A DNA stretch of 42,492 nt from an uncultured Planctomycetota bacterium (GTDB taxonomy: Bacteria; Planctomycetota; SKW154), in contig CAYPNR010000007.1 in the NCBI GenBank assembly GCA_964412125.1, positions 1 to 42,492 on the forward strand. Reading direction: 5' to 3'. The stretch's first letter is position 1. Each line of letters begins with the position of its first letter. Below the pieces are notes generated by a model that saw only the letters and a program-made list of their open reading frames with translations, did not search any database and was not told the origin of the DNA. Shown here one piece after another: positions 34,064-42,492 of the stretch. The position numbers and the translations under genes were made by a program.

Positions 34064-35248
34064 ATGGTGGAACAGGAACTGACGGCGCTGACCGGCAACG
34101 AGGCCGCCGCTTTCGCGTTCAAGCAGATAGAGCCGGACGTGGTCGCGGCGTATCCCATAACCCCGCAGACGGAACTGATGCACGACGTGGCGCGTTTCAT
34201 CCACGACGGAGAGGTCCGCACCGAGTTCATAACCGTCGAGAGCGAGCACTCGGCGATGAGCGCCTGCATAGGCTCGGCGGCGGCGGGCGCGCGTACGATG
34301 ACCGCCACCAGCGGTCAGGGCCTCGCTCTCATGTGGGAGATGCTCTACATCGCCGCTTCGTATCGTCTGCCGATCGTCATGGCGGTGGTCAATCGCGCTC
34401 TCAGCGGCCCGATAAACATCCACTGCGACCACTCCGACGCGATGGGGGCGCGCGACACCGGCTGGGTCCAGATATTCTGCGAAAACTCCCAGGAGATATA
34501 CGACAGTCTCATTCAGGCGGTCCGCATAGCCGAGCATCCCGACGTGCAACTGCCGGTGATGGTCTGCTACGACGGCTTCATCATAAGCCACACGATGCAG
34601 GACCTGGACGTTCTGCCCACCGAGGTCGTGCGTCGCTTCACCGGCGAGCGCAAAGCCGTCTACAGCGTTCTGGACGTGGACGCGCCGATGACCCTGGGCG
34701 CACTCGATCTGCCGCCCTACTACTACGAGCACAAACGCCCGCAGGTGGAGGCGATGCGGCGCGCGGAGGAGGTCGTCCTCCGCGTCGGCGAAGAGTACGA
34801 AAAACTCACGGGACGCAACTACTCCTACTTTCACGCCTATCGCGTCGACGACGCGGAACTGGTGATCGTCGGCATGGGCTCACTGACGGGCACGGCCATG
34901 GAGGCGGTGGACCTCGCCCGCGACGAAGGCGTTCCCGTGGGACTTCTGAAGTTGCGCCTCTTCCGGCCTCTTCCGAAGGCGGCGCTGTACGACGTTCTCG
35001 AAGGCGCCCGCGCGCTCTGCGTCTTCGACCGGGCGATCTCGTTCGGCCTCGGCGGACCTCTCGCGCACGAAATCCGCGCCATGCTGCAGGAGCGCGGCTC
35101 CACCGTCCCGGTCGCCAGCACCGTATACGGCCTCGGCGGACGCGACACGACCGAGCACGACATCGCCGGGCACATACGGTCTCTCTGGGCCGCCCTGAAG
35201 GACGACGCCCTCTCCACGGAAACCACCTATCTCACGCTGAGGGAATAG
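34064..35248 (+). CDS. porA: 2-oxoacid (pyruvate):ferredoxin oxidoreductase, alpha subunit
   Basis: GNEAAAFAFKQIEPDVVAAYPITPQTE, ESEHSAMSACIGSAAAGARTMTATSGQGLALM, CYDGFIISH. 394 aa, the typical PorA/VorA length. Confidence 0.88.
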   Translation: MVEQELTALTGNEAAAFAFKQIEPDVVAAYPITPQTELMHDVARFIHDGEVRTEFITVESEHSAMSACIGSAAAGARTMTATSGQGLALMWEMLYIAASYRLPIVMAVVNRALSGPINIHCDHSDAMGARDTGWVQIFCENSQEIYDSLIQAVRIAEHPDVQLPVMVCYDGFIISHTMQDLDVLPTEVVRRFTGERKAVYSVLDVDAPMTLGALDLPPYYYEHKRPQVEAMRRAEEVVLRVGEEYEKLTGRNYSYFHAYRVDDAELVIVGMGSLTGTAMEAVDLARDEGVPVGLLKLRLFRPLPKAALYDVLEGARALCVFDRAISFGLGGPLAHEIRAMLQERGSTVPVASTVYGLGGRDTTEHDIAGHIRSLWAALKDDALSTETTYLTLRE

Positions 35249-35367
35249 TTTCCGATCGGCGGAGCGCGACCCGCGTCGCGGAACTCGAAAAAAATTCGCG
35301 GAACGACGTCGATTTCCGCAGCGGCCGGAGTCCTTCCGGACACATACCACGGGACGGAGAGGCGAAA

Positions 35368-35919
35368 ATGGACGACGCGAACGTGATCAGGCGCATCGCA
35401 TCCGGCGAAACGGGAGCCTACGGAATACTGGTGAGACGCTACCAGAACGCGCTGGCCGGCTACTTCCGTCTGCGGATGGGGCGGGACTCCGCCGGCGTGG
35501 AGGAGGCCGTTCAGGAGACGCTGATCGCGGCGTACGACGGACTGGGACGCCTGCGCGAGCCGGCGCGCTTCAGCGGCTATCTGTTCGGAATAGCCTCCCG
35601 TCTCGCCGGCCGGATGGGAAGGGCCGCCGCGCGGGCCGCGACGGCGACGCGGGACGACCCGCACAACGGCGGCGCGGGCGACCCCGCGCGCGCGGCGCTC
35701 GAGGTCGAGCGCAGATCGATGCTGTTCGACGCCGTCGACGCCCTGCCCGCCCCGCAACGCGTCACGGTGCTTTTGCACCACACGGAAGGGCTGCCGTGCA
35801 GGGAGATAGCGGAGGTGACGGGCGTGGCGGTGGGCACCGTTCGCGCGCGTCTCTCACGTGCATACTCGGCTTTGAGGAAACGAGTGGCGCCGCTTCTGGG
35901 GGTCGACGCAGATGAGTGA
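35368..35919 (+). CDS. ECF-type RNA polymerase sigma factor
   Basis: ATG 35368 lies within track ORF 34333..35919. Region 2 (YGILVRRYQNALAGYF..VEEAVQETLIAAY) and region 4 (LPCREIAEVTGVAVGTVRARLSRA) are present. Its stop overlaps the start of the next gene (ATGAGTGA). Confidence 0.88.
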   Translation: MDDANVIRRIASGETGAYGILVRRYQNALAGYFRLRMGRDSAGVEEAVQETLIAAYDGLGRLREPARFSGYLFGIASRLAGRMGRAAARAATATRDDPHNGGAGDPARAALEVERRSMLFDAVDALPAPQRVTVLLHHTEGLPCREIAEVTGVAVGTVRARLSRAYSALRKRVAPLLGVDADE

Positions 35920-38716
35920 ATGCGACAACGTCCGCCGCCTGCTCGCGTTGCTGGTGCGCGGCGAATTGAGCGACGCCGCGAGCCGGCGCGTACGCGCCCA
36001 CATCGAAACCTGCTCCGCATGTCGCGCGGAAGCGGAGGCGCTGGACCGCCTCGCGCGCGCGCTCGACGAAAACCTGCGCGGACCGGCCGTCGACACGGAA
36101 AAAGAGGTACTTTCCCGCCTGGGGGTGGTTGTGGAGGAACCAGTCATGGAGACGGGACTCAAGAAACCGATGTTCGAGGCGCTGCGCTGGGCGGCGGTCG
36201 CGGCGGCGTTCGTCGTGGCGGCGCTGCTTTTGTGGCCGGGCGGCAAAGGACCGGTCGTCCTGCCGACGCCGACCTGCGAGGCCGCCGAGGCCCTGCGGAC
36301 GCGCTTCGCGAAACACTACGAGCCGGTCGAGTTGAAGGTCAAACCCGCAATACCGCAATACGAACTGCCGCTCAACCTCTCCGACGTCGACAACTGGCCG
36401 AAGGTGGCGCGGTTCGTCACCTCCGACGCCGCCAGGGCCCTCATCAAGAAAAACGGCTTCGTCGTGGTACCCTACACCAGTTGGAAGGGCAGAGAAGACG
36501 TGGTCGAGTTCTACAAGGCCCTCAAGGCGGCGGACGTGCCGGTGCTGGTGACGGCCGACGCGCTGCTGCATCTCTATCACATCCAGTTCGACACCACCCT
36601 GAAAGAGATCGAAGAGCGGGAGTTCTACCGCGACATACGCCTGCTGACCGACGCTCTGTTCGAGCACTTCCGCGAGAGGGCGGGAGCGGCGGCCGGCGTC
36701 CTGAAGGAGGTGAACGAAAGGAACGCGGCGTTTCTGGGTGTGGCGCGGATACTGCTCGAAGGCGCTCCTCTTCTGGAGGAGACGGACACGGCGTCCATCA
36801 GGAAGGCCGTGGCGCAGAATCGAGCGTGGAAGCACGCGGAGAAACTCGGCAGGATGAAAGACGCCCTTCTCGGACTGCCGCCCGGAGTCGTCGACGAGCG
36901 GGAGCGCGCCAAACTGGCGAAGTTGCGGGCGTGGCAGGTGCACCGCGCGGCCGGACAGATTCTGACGACGTACGAGAACACCTACAGGCGCCTGAAGAAG
37001 GAAGCGGACGAGGTGCGCAAGGAAACGCTCGAAGCGCTGCCTGCGAAACTCAGAGAAGCGGTCGAGGAGGAACTGCGGCTCATCGAGGAGCACTCCGGCT
37101 TCGCGAAGAGTCCGCTTTTCGTCTACAAAGAGGACTACAGCCAGTATGTGCCGCGGGGCCACTACACGCGTTCGGAACTTCTGAAGTGCTACTTCAAGGC
37201 GCTCATGTGGTACGGCCGCATCACCATGCTGCTGAAGGGCGGCACGCCTTACGGACCCGCCGCGCCGTACCTGGTGCCGGCCGACGTCGCCAGAAAACAG
37301 ACGCTGCAGGCGTGTCTGATCTCCGGCGCACTGGACCTGAAGGCGTCCGACGGCCGGACGGTCTCGGAGATCTGGGAGCGCATCTACTCGGTGACCGCCT
37401 ATTATGTGGGACTGGCGGACGACCTGACGCCTTACGAGTACCGCGAAAACATGGAAAAGGTCTTCGGCGAGCGGATGTCCGAAAAGGACCTGCTGGACGA
37501 GAAGAAATTTTTCGAGTTCAAGAAGTTGCTGGCGCTGCTGCGCCGGCCGGAGATATACAGCGGCACCGGCGCCTGCATGGGGCCGCCGGCGGGGATAGCA
37601 TCCGCGGCCGATCTCGACAGGGCTCTCGCCAAGACGCAAGGTCTGCGGCTGATGGGCCAGCGTTACATTCCGGACTCCTTCATGATGGGGCAGTTGGTCT
37701 ATCCGACGGTCGGACCGTACACGGGCGGCCGCGATCCCAAGCCGTTCACCTTCGTCGCCTCCGGAGGCGGTCCGATCCGAGGGTTTCCGCGCGGCCTCGA
37801 CGTGATGGCGGTCCTGGGCAGCGAACGCGCCTTGGAGATCCTCAAGAAGGAAGGTGACGCCGATTATGTGGGCTACTTCGAGCGGGTGGACAAGAAGACC
37901 GGCAGGCGGACCGGTCTGAAGCCGCTGCGCGAGCAGTTCGGCAAACTCACCGAGAAGGACTTCAACCGCAATCTTTACTGGTCGTGGCTGTGGGTGCTGA
38001 AGGGTCTGCTCAAGGAGCCGAAGGACTACAGGGGCTGTCAGAGTTTTCAGCAGACCGCGGCGTGGACGGACAAGCAGTTGAACGCGGCGCTGGGCTCCTG
38101 GAGTCAACTGCGGCACGACACCATTCTCTACGCCAAGCAGAGTTACACCATGGAAGCGGGATGCGCTCCGCTGCGTCCGAAGCCGGTCTCCGGCTACGTC
38201 GAGCCGGAGCCGGAGTTCTTCACACGCCTGCTGGCGCTGACCAGGATGACGTTGAAGGGCCTGGACGAGATGAAGGTGCTGAGCGAGAACGGCCGCAAAC
38301 GACTGCAGGGACTGGAACAGTTGCTCAAGCGCCTCTGCGACATACTTCTCAAGGAGATGAAGAACGAAGAGTTGAGCGACCAGGACGACAAGTTTCTGCG
38401 GGAGTTCGCCGCGCATCTCAAGACCACGACGGTCGGCGCCGACGACGACGCCCAGAAGACCACCATCATCGCCGACGTGCACACCGACCAGAACAGCAGG
38501 ATGTGTCTGGAGGAGGGCACCGGACACATAAGGGCGGCGGTGGTGGTATGCAAGTTGCCGGGCGGCGGCCTGCAGGCGTTCGTGGGTCCGGCGTTCTCCT
38601 ACTATGAGTTCAAGCATCCGATGAGCGACCGACTCACCGACGAAGCGTGGCGTAAGATGCTGAAAAAAGACGCTCCGCCGCTTCCGGAATGGACATCCTC
38701 GTTCGCGGCGAAGTGA
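35912..38716 (+). CDS. Zinc-finger (ZAS, HxxxCxxC) anti-sigma factor fused via one TM helix to a roughly 800-aa DUF3160-like extracytoplasmic domain
   Basis: N-terminal CDNVRRLLALLVRGEL..HIETCSAC, then TM ALRWAAVAAAFVVAALLLW. The remainder is a long domain of balanced composition (NGFVVVPY, PVLVTADALLHLYHIQFDTTLKEIEE, YSQYVPRGHYT, LGSWSQLRHDTILYAKQSY) that matches my memory of DUF3160. Confidence 0.8.
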   Translation: MSECDNVRRLLALLVRGELSDAASRRVRAHIETCSACRAEAEALDRLARALDENLRGPAVDTEKEVLSRLGVVVEEPVMETGLKKPMFEALRWAAVAAAFVVAALLLWPGGKGPVVLPTPTCEAAEALRTRFAKHYEPVELKVKPAIPQYELPLNLSDVDNWPKVARFVTSDAARALIKKNGFVVVPYTSWKGREDVVEFYKALKAADVPVLVTADALLHLYHIQFDTTLKEIEEREFYRDIRLLTDALFEHFRERAGAAAGVLKEVNERNAAFLGVARILLEGAPLLEETDTASIRKAVAQNRAWKHAEKLGRMKDALLGLPPGVVDERERAKLAKLRAWQVHRAAGQILTTYENTYRRLKKEADEVRKETLEALPAKLREAVEEELRLIEEHSGFAKSPLFVYKEDYSQYVPRGHYTRSELLKCYFKALMWYGRITMLLKGGTPYGPAAPYLVPADVARKQTLQACLISGALDLKASDGRTVSEIWERIYSVTAYYVGLADDLTPYEYRENMEKVFGERMSEKDLLDEKKFFEFKKLLALLRRPEIYSGTGACMGPPAGIASAADLDRALAKTQGLRLMGQRYIPDSFMMGQLVYPTVGPYTGGRDPKPFTFVASGGGPIRGFPRGLDVMAVLGSERALEILKKEGDADYVGYFERVDKKTGRRTGLKPLREQFGKLTEKDFNRNLYWSWLWVLKGLLKEPKDYRGCQSFQQTAAWTDKQLNAALGSWSQLRHDTILYAKQSYTMEAGCAPLRPKPVSGYVEPEPEFFTRLLALTRMTLKGLDEMKVLSENGRKRLQGLEQLLKRLCDILLKEMKNEELSDQDDKFLREFAAHLKTTTVGADDDAQKTTIIADVHTDQNSRMCLEEGTGHIRAAVVVCKLPGGGLQAFVGPAFSYYEFKHPMSDRLTDEAWRKMLKKDAPPLPEWTSSFAAK

Positions 38717-38743
38717 GGACGCGGTAAGGCGAAACGCAACGAA

Positions 38744-38778
38744 GGGCGGCGGCGGCCGGGTCCGTCGCCGTCCTTTTT
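38744..38778 (+). terminator. Rho-independent terminator after the anti-sigma gene
   Basis: A 12-bp stem pairs GGGCGGCGGCGG with CCGTCGCCGTCC (two G-U pairs) around the 6-nt loop ccgggt. TTTTT follows, starting 28 nt after the stop. Confidence 0.7.
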
Positions 38779-38846
38779 CGTCCGCGCGCCGGCGGAGCGC
38801 AAAACCGCAAAAATCCGCGTTTTTCGATTGAACCGCCCCCGACATA

Positions 38847-38860
38847 TATCCAAATGGATA
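38847..38860. promoter_or_regulatory. Inverted repeat TATCCA-aa-TGGATA upstream of the ModE-like gene (candidate operator)
   Basis: Perfect 6-bp arms inside an AT-rich patch (gacATATATCCAAATGGATAcagg), 24 nt upstream of ATG 38884. Confidence 0.3.
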
Positions 38861-38883
38861 CAGGTTGAGGGAGGCGGCGCAAA

Positions 38884-39237
38884 ATGCGGCTCCGGATGAG
38901 GGTGTGGCTGGAGTCCGACGGCGGATATCTGATGGGCGACGGTCGCGCGAAGTTGCTGCGCATGGTGGAGCGTGAAGGCTCGCTTTCGGCGGCCGCGCGG
39001 CGTCTGGGCATGTCGTATGCGAGGGCGCACGCCGCTCTCAAGCGACTCCAGAGGAGACTCGGCCTGAGGCTGCTCCGCTCCCGTCCCGGCGGCAGATCGA
39101 CCCTGACGGAGGACGCGCGCGCGTTGCTCGCGGCGTGGGACCGGTTCCGCGAGTCTCTGGAGCGCTCCGCGCGGCGCCTCCGGCGGCGTCACCTCGCCGA
39201 CGGAATTCTCCGGCTCTCCGAGGAGGACGCGTTGTGA
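38884..39237 (+). CDS. ModE N-terminal-domain-only winged-helix regulator (no Mop/TOBE domains)
   Basis: GDGRAKLLRMVEREGSLSAAARRLGMSYARAHAALKRLQRRLG..GGRSTLTEDARALL matches the ModE/LysR-type wHTH N-domain. It is only 117 aa. Its stop overlaps the next start (GTGA). Confidence 0.75.
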   Translation: MRLRMRVWLESDGGYLMGDGRAKLLRMVEREGSLSAAARRLGMSYARAHAALKRLQRRLGLRLLRSRPGGRSTLTEDARALLAAWDRFRESLERSARRLRRRHLADGILRLSEEDAL

Positions 39238-40160
39238 GGCCGCTTTCGTTCCTTCTGGCGGCGGTGCTCGCGACGGCGGGCTGCGGAAAAGCGGCGTCGG
39301 AGAAACTCGTCGTCTTCCACGCGGGCAGTCTTTCCGAGCCGCTGGCGCGCATGGAGGCCGAGTTCGAGCGTCTCGACGGAACGGAAGTGCTGCGCGAGGC
39401 GAGCGGCAGTCGTCTCGCCGCGAAAAAGGTTTCCGATCTCGGCCGCAGAGCCGATCTGGTGATATCGGCCGACTACAGCGTGATCGAGACGATACTGATG
39501 CCGAAACACGCCCGCTGGCTCGTCAAGTTCGCGGCCAACCGGATGGTTCTCGCCTACACGGCCGGGAGCCGCGCCGCCGACAGGGTGAGCGCCGACAACT
39601 GGTTCGAGATTCTGCTGGAGCCGGAGACGCGATGGGGCTACTCCGACCCGAACGTCGACCCGTGCGGCTATCGCGCCGTGCTGGTGATGAAACTGGCGGA
39701 ACGTTTCTACAAAAAGCGCGGGCTCGGCGAGCGACTCCTTCAGGCCTGTCCGAAGGAGCGCATCCGCCCCAAGTCGGTGGAGTTGACCTCCCTGCTCGAA
39801 AGCGGCGATCTCGACTACGCGTGGGAGTATCGCTCGGTCGCGGTCCAGCACGGCTTGAGATTCGTGGAGTTGCCGCCGGAGTTGAGCCTCGGCGACCCTT
39901 CCATGTCCGACTTCTACAGGAGCGCGGAGGTGAGGCTTAAAGACGGCGCCGGAAAGACCGGGGAGCCGATAATCTACGGCGCGACCATACCGGAGAACGC
40001 TCCGAACAGGGCGGCGGCGCTGCGGTTTCTGGCCTTTCTGCTCTCCGACAGGGGCGGAAAGATATTGGAGGCTCTCGGCCAGCCGCGTCTCACGCCGGAG
40101 TTGGTCGGCGACGCGCCGGAGGACGTTCGTCGCGTGGTGGCGGCGGCCGCGAAACGTTGA
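39234..40160 (+). CDS. wtpA: Tungstate/molybdate ABC transporter substrate-binding lipoprotein, WtpA-type
   Basis: GTG 39234 lies within track ORF 39135..40160. Lipobox LATAGC. Blocks: VFHAGSLSEP, ADLVISADY, YSDPNVDPCGYR, SGDLDYAWEYRSVAVQHGLRFVELP, GEPIIYGATIP. These closely follow the WtpA pattern as I recall it. Confidence 0.8.
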   Translation: MRPLSFLLAAVLATAGCGKAASEKLVVFHAGSLSEPLARMEAEFERLDGTEVLREASGSRLAAKKVSDLGRRADLVISADYSVIETILMPKHARWLVKFAANRMVLAYTAGSRAADRVSADNWFEILLEPETRWGYSDPNVDPCGYRAVLVMKLAERFYKKRGLGERLLQACPKERIRPKSVELTSLLESGDLDYAWEYRSVAVQHGLRFVELPPELSLGDPSMSDFYRSAEVRLKDGAGKTGEPIIYGATIPENAPNRAAALRFLAFLLSDRGGKILEALGQPRLTPELVGDAPEDVRRVVAAAAKR

Positions 40161-40187
40161 AGACGATTCGAGTTGGACGGAGACACG

Positions 40188-40970
40188 ATGCGAAGACTCT
40201 GGTTCAGATTCGTTTTCGGCGCGCTCGGCGGAACACTTCTTCTGTTTGTGATTCTGCCGGTGGGAGCGGTCGTGGTCGGCGGCTCCGGCCACGTTCGCAG
40301 CGCGCTTGCGGCGGCGGACGGCGAATACGCGACGGCGATCCTCCGCTCATTCTGGCTCGGCGGATTGACGGCGCTGGTCGCGCTCGCGCTCGGCGTGCCG
40401 CTGGGGTATCTGCTTGCGCGCGCGCGCTTCCGCGGGCGCGGCGCGATCGAGGCGCTCATGGACCTGCCGCTGGCCGTGCCGCACGCGGTCGCCGGCATCG
40501 CCCTGCTCGGCGTCTTCGGACGAGGAGGCGTGCTCGGCGGCGCTTATGAGTCGGTCACCGGCGGCGCCTTCATCGGCAGTCACGTCGCCATCGTGCTGGC
40601 GATGCTGTTCGTGAGCGTGCCGTACGCGGTCAGCAGCGCGCGCGTGGCGTTCGGCGCCGTGGACGAGCGGCTCGAACGCGTCGCACGCGTTTTGGGAGCG
40701 CCGGAGTCGGCCGTGTTCTCGCGTATCAGTCTGCCGCTGGCCTGGCGCGGAGTCGTGGCCGGCGCGGTGCTCGTCTGGGCGCGCGCCATGAGCGAGTTCG
40801 GCGCGGTGGTCATGGTCGCTTACCATCCCATGACCGGCTCGGTGGCGGTCTGGGACGCTTTCACCTCCCGCGGTCCCGCCCTCTCCAGCGGTCTGGCGGC
40901 GTTGCTTTTGATCGCTTCGCTGACGACGTTCGCGACGCTGCGTCTGTCGCTCGCGCCGCGCCGCCCGTAG
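40188..40970 (+). CDS. ABC transporter permease (WtpB/ModB-type)
   Basis: ATG 40188 lies within track ORF 40173..40970. It is a multi-TM protein with the EAA-like loop [20 protein letters not shown]. Confidence 0.8.
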   Translation: MRRLWFRFVFGALGGTLLLFVILPVGAVVVGGSGHVRSALAAADGEYATAILRSFWLGGLTALVALALGVPLGYLLARARFRGRGAIEALMDLPLAVPHAVAGIALLGVFGRGGVLGGAYESVTGGAFIGSHVAIVLAMLFVSVPYAVSSARVAFGAVDERLERVARVLGAPESAVFSRISLPLAWRGVVAGAVLVWARAMSEFGAVVMVAYHPMTGSVAVWDAFTSRGPALSSGLAALLLIASLTTFATLRLSLAPRRP

Positions 40971-41036
40971 CGCCGGCGCCGCCGCGACGCAGGTCAACCG
41001 CGTCGACGAGCGAGGTCGGCCGGCTTCCGAAAATGC

Positions 41037-41065
41037 TTGACAAAAGAGCGGCGACCTTTTTGAAT
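41037..41065 (+). promoter_or_regulatory. Possible sigma-70-like promoter of acpP-fabF (TTGACA-N17-TTGAAT)
   Basis: There is a perfect -35 TTGACA at 41037..41042, but the -10 (TTGAAT) is weak. It lies about 45 nt upstream of GTG 41111. Confidence 0.3.
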
Positions 41066-41110
41066 ACTGCCCACGCGGAGCGAGAGACGGACCTTTGGGG
41101 AGGAGCGGTC

Positions 41111-41344
41111 GTGTCAGAGATCGAAGAGAAGGTGATCGACATCGTGTGCAAGAAGTTGAGCGTCGACAAAGCGAAAGTGACGCTGGAGACGTCTTTCATC
41201 AACGACCTGCAGGCGGACTCACTGGACCTGGTCGAGTTGGTGATGGAGTTGGAAGACGCCTTCGGAATGCAGATACCCGACGAAGAAGCGGAGAAGATAC
41301 AGACGGTGGGTGACGCCGTAAAATACGTACAAGAAAAGAAATGA
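41111..41344 (+). CDS. acpP: Acyl carrier protein
   Basis: GTG 41111 (GGAGGAG upstream) lies within track ORF 41033..41344. Blocks: [13 protein letters not shown] and [20 protein letters not shown] (DSL phosphopantetheine serine). 77 aa. Confidence 0.93.
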   Translation: MSEIEEKVIDIVCKKLSVDKAKVTLETSFINDLQADSLDLVELVMELEDAFGMQIPDEEAEKIQTVGDAVKYVQEKK

Positions 41345-41377
41345 CCCGGACGTAGCGGACGATTACGAGGCGGGTTC

Positions 41378-42492
41378 ATGAGGCGTGTGGTGGTAACGGG
41401 TGTGGGCGTGGTGTCGCCTGTGGGCTGCACCGTGGACGACTTCTGGAGCGGCCTCCTGTCCGGACGGAGCGGAATAGGTCGCATACAGGCGTTCGACCCG
41501 ACGGAGTTCACCAGCCAGATAGCGGGAGAGATAAGCGATTTCGATCCCGGCGAACTCATAGACATGCGGGAATTGAGGAGACTCGACAGGTTCTGCCAGT
41601 TCGCGATGGTGGCCGCGGCCCAGGCGATCGAGGACTCCGGCCTGATGGACGGAGGAAGCGACATCGATCCGCGACGGGTGGGCGTGGTGATCGGCAGCGG
41701 CATAGGAGGCTTCTGCGAGATAGAGGCGACGACACGACTTCTGATAGAGCGCGGGCCGCGTCGCATATCGCCGTTCTTCATTCCCAAACTGATGATGAAC
41801 TCCGCCAGCGGACACGTGGCGATACGCTACGGCTTCCGCGGTCCGAACTTCGCGACGGCCAGCGCGTGCGCGTCGGCCAATCACGCCATGGGCATGGCTT
41901 TCGATCTGCTTCGCTGCGGCCGCGCGGACGTTCTGGTGACGGGCGGCTCGGAGGCGGCCATAACGCGACTGGGACTCGGCGGATTCTGCGCCCTCAAGGC
42001 GCTCTCCACGCGAAACGACGAGCCGGAAAGGGCGAGCAGACCGTTCGACGCGGAACGGGACGGTTTCGTGCTGGGCGAGGGCAGCGCCGTGCTGGTCTTC
42101 GAGGAACTGGAACGCGCCAGGCGACGCGGGGCGAAGATTTACGCAGAGATCGCCGGCTTCGGAGCGACCGACGACGGCTATCACATCACCGCGCCGATGG
42201 AGAGCGGAATCGCCGCGGCCGACGCCATGCGACTCGCCGTCGAGGACGCCGGCTTCTCCCTCGACGAGGTGGACTACATCAACGCGCACGGTACCTCCAC
42301 CAAGTTGAACGACGCCGCGGAGACGAAGGCCATAAAGACGCTCTTCGGCGAACACGCCGCGAAACTGGCGGTCTCCTCGACCAAGAGCATGACGGGGCAC
42401 CTGCTGGGCGGCGCCGCCGCCGTGGAACTGGCGGCGACGGTGCTCGCGGTCAAAAACGACGTGATTCCGCCGACCACGAACTACGAGAATCC
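41378..42492 (+). CDS. fabF: 3-oxoacyl-ACP synthase II (partial, runs off the right edge)
   Basis: This is my own translation, because the frame is open at the window end and so absent from the track. It reads MRRVVVTGVGVVSPVGCTVDDFWSGLLSGRSGIGRI..ATASACASANHAMG..NAHGTSTKLND..KSMTGHLLGGA, containing the Cys-His-His catalytic blocks. Confidence 0.93.
   Translation, partial: MRRVVVTGVGVVSPVGCTVDDFWSGLLSGRSGIGRIQAFDPTEFTSQIAGEISDFDPGELIDMRELRRLDRFCQFAMVAAAQAIEDSGLMDGGSDIDPRRVGVVIGSGIGGFCEIEATTRLLIERGPRRISPFFIPKLMMNSASGHVAIRYGFRGPNFATASACASANHAMGMAFDLLRCGRADVLVTGGSEAAITRLGLGGFCALKALSTRNDEPERASRPFDAERDGFVLGEGSAVLVFEELERARRRGAKIYAEIAGFGATDDGYHITAPMESGIAAADAMRLAVEDAGFSLDEVDYINAHGTSTKLNDAAETKAIKTLFGEHAAKLAVSSTKSMTGHLLGGAAAVELAATVLAVKNDVIPPTTNYEN

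Noticed and set aside
35762-38845. 1027-aa ORF on the minus strand
   Set aside because: It is antisense to the anti-sigma/DUF3160-like gene, which has balanced composition, a ZAS motif, a TM helix and coupling to the sigma gene. The minus-strand product is an Arg/Leu/Gln-rich shadow.
41363-42400. 345-aa minus-strand ORF
   Set aside because: It is antisense to fabF, whose translation shows the full KAS II catalytic blocks. fabF is missing from the track only because it has no stop codon inside the window.
1-42492. Search for CRISPR arrays, rRNA/tRNA genes, IS elements, integrases and toxin-antitoxin or known defence genes
   Set aside because: All intergenic regions are shorter than about 240 nt and contain no periodic direct repeats. 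No ORF shows transposase, integrase, Cas, restriction or TA-type motifs that I could recognise.

Overview
High-GC (about 65-70% by hand counts on sampled lines) bacterial chromosomal segment, densely coding on both strands. I can support about 40 protein genes. I recognised no rRNA, tRNA, CRISPR array, transposase or integrase. Most of the window is housekeeping: metK-ahcY (SAM cycle), galT-like/glgA (glycogen), folE, ribD, nadD, a purine nucleoside phosphorylase, ileS, ruvC-der, acpP-fabF, a thiolase, a NUDIX hydrolase and a DHH phosphoesterase. Many long R/G/A/P-rich ORFs in the track are antisense or out-of-frame shadows typical of high-GC DNA, and I rejected them. The accessory content is as follows. 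(1) The strongest candidate for an undescribed system is an operon of three prepilin-signal (minor-pseudopilin-like) genes at 18546-22657. Two of its members are inflated to 766 and 436 aa by a duplicated DUF2341 plus NIDO-like module, and one also carries a split BNR/Asp-box propeller. An exported CX5R phosphatase follows immediately. (2) An ECF sigma factor is paired with a zinc-finger anti-sigma factor fused to a roughly 800-aa DUF3160-like extracytoplasmic domain. (3) An orphan ECF sigma gene sits behind a textbook sigma-54 promoter with upstream inverted repeats. (4) A low-GC (about 47%) island at the left edge encodes an acidic helical-repeat exported protein. (5) Several unusual gene contexts stand out: a GalT-like HIT enzyme translationally coupled to GlgA, a lone PorA alpha subunit, a lone HgdB/DCCP-like protein next to folE, and a ModE-N-only regulator with WtpA/WtpB but no ATPase. 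All family assignments come from motif reading and memory of the families. No database search was run.
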